DNA from: Raillietiella orientalis
Lineage: Eukaryota
Length of the DNA stretch: 64,000 nucleotides
Direction: 5' to 3'
NCBI GenBank assembly: GCA_036172245.1
Contig: JAYWIR010000049.1
Coordinates: 1,054,001 to 1,118,000 of the forward strand
Positions 60,444 through 64,000 of the stretch are shown here, one piece after another. The position numbers were made by a program, and so were the translations under genes. The notes below the pieces were generated by a model. It ran no database searches and was not told the origin of the DNA. It saw only the letters and a list, made by a program, of their open reading frames with translations. Position 1 is the stretch's first letter. The number at the start of each line of letters is the position of its first letter.

Positions 60444-62049
60444 TGGATTTGCAGAGAAACTAATCCCAGGAAACTAAGAATACCTTGGATGGAATCGCCG
60501 GCGCAGATCCGGAAGTATCTGGGAAGAATCGGAGAAAAAATGAAGGTGATCGCACTCCCCGTTGCGTGGCAAAAAGGGCCAAACAAAGTTTCTGTGATTG
60601 CATCTTCATTTCAATTTATGAAGCACGGCCTCCCCTTTCGGCAGAAAACCGATCTCAGGGTGAAACGCCGGTATATCGAGTCCAGAAGCTGGATACCGAC
60701 CCCGACACGCCGGTTGCTCACCCATGACCACCATCAGCAACCGGAGGTGACTCAAGGCACTGGTGAAGTAAAAGTGCGCTGATAGGCACGTCTGAATGCG
60801 GTCCCTATGGCGTCCTAGGCCAGCGTTGGGATGCTTCCTGTCGCCTCGAGCCACTGCAAAGGGTCAAATCCGTTTGCAGGTTGCGAGGCAAATGAAGTGT
60901 GGAAGTGGTGGACAGAAATGGGGTCTTGCTGAGTAGCTTATCCAGCCTCCGCTTGTTCCTCCTCTTTCTTCATTCCCGGATCTCCTTGTGAAAGAGAAGG
61001 TCACCCGAGCTTGCAAAGCAAGATGCGGGGAGCTGTGAGGAGCGCGTCGGACGGAGGAAAGGGGGAGGAGGGGTGGTCTTGGACGTTAGTCGGCCGAGGG
61101 AGGCGACTGGATCGACTAGCAGGTGGAGTGCTTGCATCCTCTCCCGCTGATTGCAACAGAAGGGGCCGGCAGTAAGGAGGAGGCCAACAGGACGGGACCT
61201 CGAGTTCGCCTCCAGAGAATCGCCCGCTACTGTGGGAGCCCTGGGGATCTTGGGATCAGGGAAACGGTGAAGTTTCGAAGGGAGTGGGAATCGCCACGCA
61301 GTTGGCAGAAGAGCTATCCTCTTCCTCTTCTTCTTCCTCCTCCTCCTTCCTTCCTTCCCCTTCTTTCTTCGTGTGCTTCGCCTTCTCGAACAGCCAGCAT
61401 TCCCGGGATGCGTGTTCGGAACATCGAGTGGGTCGTCACCGGTAATGAAGGCCTTCAGAAGAGAACCATGCGGAGCGGATGAAGTTTTCATCACCTGCCT
61501 CCGCTTCATTCTCTTCCTTCGTCTGCATTCCCTGTTTTTCGACTCGAGAGAGGTCAATGAAATTTGGGACAAGCGATCCTCCGCAAACTCAAAGAAGTCC
61601 ATGAAGCACACGAATGACCTTCAATGACCTTCCTGGTACGTCTTACGAAGAGCCAAAAAAGACCAGAGCACTGGAAGTGGGGCAAACCTGCAACACACGC
61701 CTGATCTTCCAGATACTGCCCCTCCGGCGGAGCCACCCACGCTTTGAGGCGCTCTTCTCTCTACTCGGGGACATCTCTGGAATATATAGGAGGGAATCGA
61801 GTACTGGCACAGAACATCTTGGACCCTTACGAGCGCTTCCTTCTCCTCCATTCCTTGCCTTGTTGGTTTTTCCAAACAAGAATCGTGGCTGCACTCCAAA
61901 GCTGACCTCCTCTCTCGACTCAGGACCAGGAATCGCTACGTCCTGGTAGACCACAAAAGGCGTGTGCCATGGGAGATACAAGATTAAGATCAAGGGGCAT
62001 CAACTGGGTACCCATGAAAGGGTCAAGGCATTTTTGACCCGCCTAGGAA

Positions 62050-64000
62050 AAGGAAGCCGCGTCATGATGCAAGTCGCATGCTGCTCATTTGAAAGCACAT
62101 AGGCGGCGTTCTAGAAGGCTCACGAAAGGGAACAAAAGAGGTAACGGACCCCATGCTCTCCCTTTGAATCTCAAGAACCATCCAGTTATCACAAAGGAAC
62201 TGATCTGGTTGACAAACCCACCGTCGGCTCATTGGGATCCCGAGGTCGCACGAATAACGATGCCCTCCTTCAGGAGATGGAAATTCCAAGAAAGTCAGCG
62301 AGCCATCACATCAGCAAGTTGAGGGTGCGGTCCGACATTCAGCGCGTCCAGTCCACTGGACGAGCCAGATGGGACGACACCCTCTGGATGAACAAGCACA
62401 GAGCTACCTGGTGTGGGGTGATCCCAGGAGAGGGCCACGATCAACCTCGAGAGCCAGATCTCCAGAAATCCAGCAAGCGTGTCCGGAGGAGTGGCGGAGA
62501 ACCCTGGCACCCAGGGGCTGAGGGACCGTCGCTAGGCGCACGGACGGAGACGAAGGCGAACTCGCCCTGCCGAGTCCTCCTCGGCGATGTCTGATGAGTG
62601 GTGTACTTCTGCTGCCTCTGGTCTGATGGATACGGTCTAGACCCGCAAGTTTTCACCTCTCCGGTCGAGCTTTCGTCCAGGAAGCGAAGTGGACTCCGAG
62701 CGAAGACTCGCTCTCGTCGTCTCCCTCGAGTCACGAGGCCACGGTCTCCCTGACTATCAGAAAAGCCATTCAGAAAAAACGGATGGGGATCCCACCCGTC
62801 CTTCGGATCGATGTGCAGCTGCCTTGATTTTGGCTTGCACCCAGGTGGCAATGACCTTCCAGGAAAGAAAAGATGGCTCAGAGAAAGGGCAAGAATACCA
62901 GGCCTCACCCTCCTTCCACAAAACCCACGGCAGTCTCAAACGCTGATCTGGAGAGAAAAGCGAAGAAAGAACCAAGTACTTCCAGCTTTTTTTGGAAGAG
63001 GAAAAAGCTGAGACGATGAAGGGGAAAAGGAGGAAGCGACATGACCGTGGCAGGCACCCACAAGGGGGTCCTCTGAGTCTGAGATCAGTGCTCCTCGGGA
63101 AAGCACCTAGTTGGCCGACTCTGACCTATGCCGAAGAGAGAAACGGGTGGCTGCTGTTGGCATGAAAGCAGGACCTTGGGTAACCTCGCGCGCAGAACTT
63201 TGGAGATGGGTCATTAGGGGGCAAGCAACCTAATGTTTTGCCACATGAATGGATCCTTTTGGAGGTAGAAGATCAGGCTGTTGGTTCACGAGCTCCGATC
63301 CCTCAGGCGGCTTTCCCATGTCAATGCTCTACTCCTTCTTTGCCTGTTTACCTTCTTGGTCATCCAGTGGAAAGGAATGCGCCAGATGGGAAGCAAACCA
63401 GGAGTGTTCACTTTCCGATAGGAAAGCCAACACTCGTGGTCCGGAGACTGGCGGAAGGGTGTTTATTTTGCAAACTTGGAGACGGCCTCCCCTCCGTCGG
63501 CAGTCCCCCAACAAAATGGCGTCAAAGTGCGCTGTGGACTCGCGCTCCTATCTACACAAGACGCACGAGCGTCCTCATTTCTGCTCAGATGGCTACTGCT
63601 TCCTTTGTCCTCGTCTCTGCCCCCTCCCGACCACGTTGCCCCTCCGGATGCACGAGCTGAGCCAAGAGTGACCTCCCGGGGGCTCGGGGCTTCCAGGAAG
63701 CCCAGATCCGCTCTAGCTGCCCCTTTTCCCAGGAACTCCGCAGGCCGCCCGCCACCGACTGAGCAGCGCCATCGGGAACCAGCAAGCATGTATTTCAGAA
63801 CTTCCTCACGGCGGCTAGAAAGTTCTAGAAAATCCAGGGACTCAGAACAGTTTCTTCCACCTCTTCCCCAGCTCCAGCAAACTCGCGGACAGGTTGATGA
63901 GTTTCCAAGGATCCTGAGTAAAGATCTGGAGCGCCATGCAGACGACGGCCTGGAGAAACAGCCACAGCAGCCACAGGATGAAGCAGAGAATACTGGAAAG
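62050..64000 (+). pseudogene. Eroded mRNA capping enzyme (guanylyltransferase domain), may run off the window end
   Basis: Nucleotidyltransferase motifs in order. DY..SEKTDG at 62770 (motif I, KxDG). TLIWRE at 62940 (motif III-like). LPHE/NGSF at 63238-63260 (motif IV-like, cf. HE.DGLIF). IQWKG at 63362 (motif V, cf. LKWKP). SVHF at 63403 (cf. SVDF). Upstream sequence could be the triphosphatase domain, but I did not recognise it with confidence. Confidence 0.55.

Larger units (their letters stand above)
56400..61627 (+). pseudogene. rpb2: Eroded, intronless RNA polymerase second-largest subunit (RPB2-like, probably viral), interrupted by a repeat at ~59126-59925
   Basis: Ordered motifs. SPEKC at 56551. 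CKIPAF at 56749 (cf. GKIP). PGTFFV at 56913 (cf. GGYF). LSLVR at 58158 (cf. LSHLRR). PVFSPEE at ~58270 (cf. CP.ETPEG). AHC..S..L.G at 58984. GDR-x4-RGKKG at 60545-60579 with a 1-nt shift (cf. GDK-x4-HGQKG). LPF..DLRVKRRYIESR at 60651 (cf. MPF..DIIINPHAIPSR). RTGPRVRLQR..GDLGIR..RRE at 61189 (cf. RGP..L.RQP..GGLR.GEMERD). LQKRTM and ADEVFITC at 61454-61498. The N-terminal boundary is uncertain. Confidence 0.72.

Noticed and set aside
61740..61800. EALFSLLGDISGIYRRE as tyrosine recombinase box I
   Set aside because: No downstream HxxR/Y motifs found.

Overview
Eukaryotic, very probably arthropod, genomic DNA. An AT-rich island (~33-49 kb) holds two intact, convergent host genes with very short introns (mostly 38-55 nt): AVL9 (+, 7 coding exons, ~510 aa) and a betaPS/myospheroid-type integrin beta (-, 14 coding exons, 812 aa). 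Both flanks look like non-coding DNA in the ORF track. Reading across frameshifts and stops, however, gives ordered motif series of intronless, heavily eroded genes typical of a Nucleocytoviricota-like large dsDNA virus. These are RNA polymerase subunit 1 (~6.3-12.5 kb), an A18-like SF2 helicase, a delta-like family B DNA polymerase (~17-19 kb), a D5-like SF3 helicase (~30-31 kb), RNA polymerase subunit 2 (~56.4-61.6 kb) and an mRNA capping guanylyltransferase (~62-64 kb). Weaker candidates are a major capsid protein, TFIIS and PIF-like cysteine-rich proteins. Several decayed Ty3/Gypsy elements and two inverted copies of a ~0.8-0.9 kb repeat with a tRNA-like segment lie inside or between these fossils. 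All pseudogene calls are by-eye comparisons with remembered family consensus motifs. No search was run, boundaries are approximate, and each call needs confirming with a frameshift-aware profile search.
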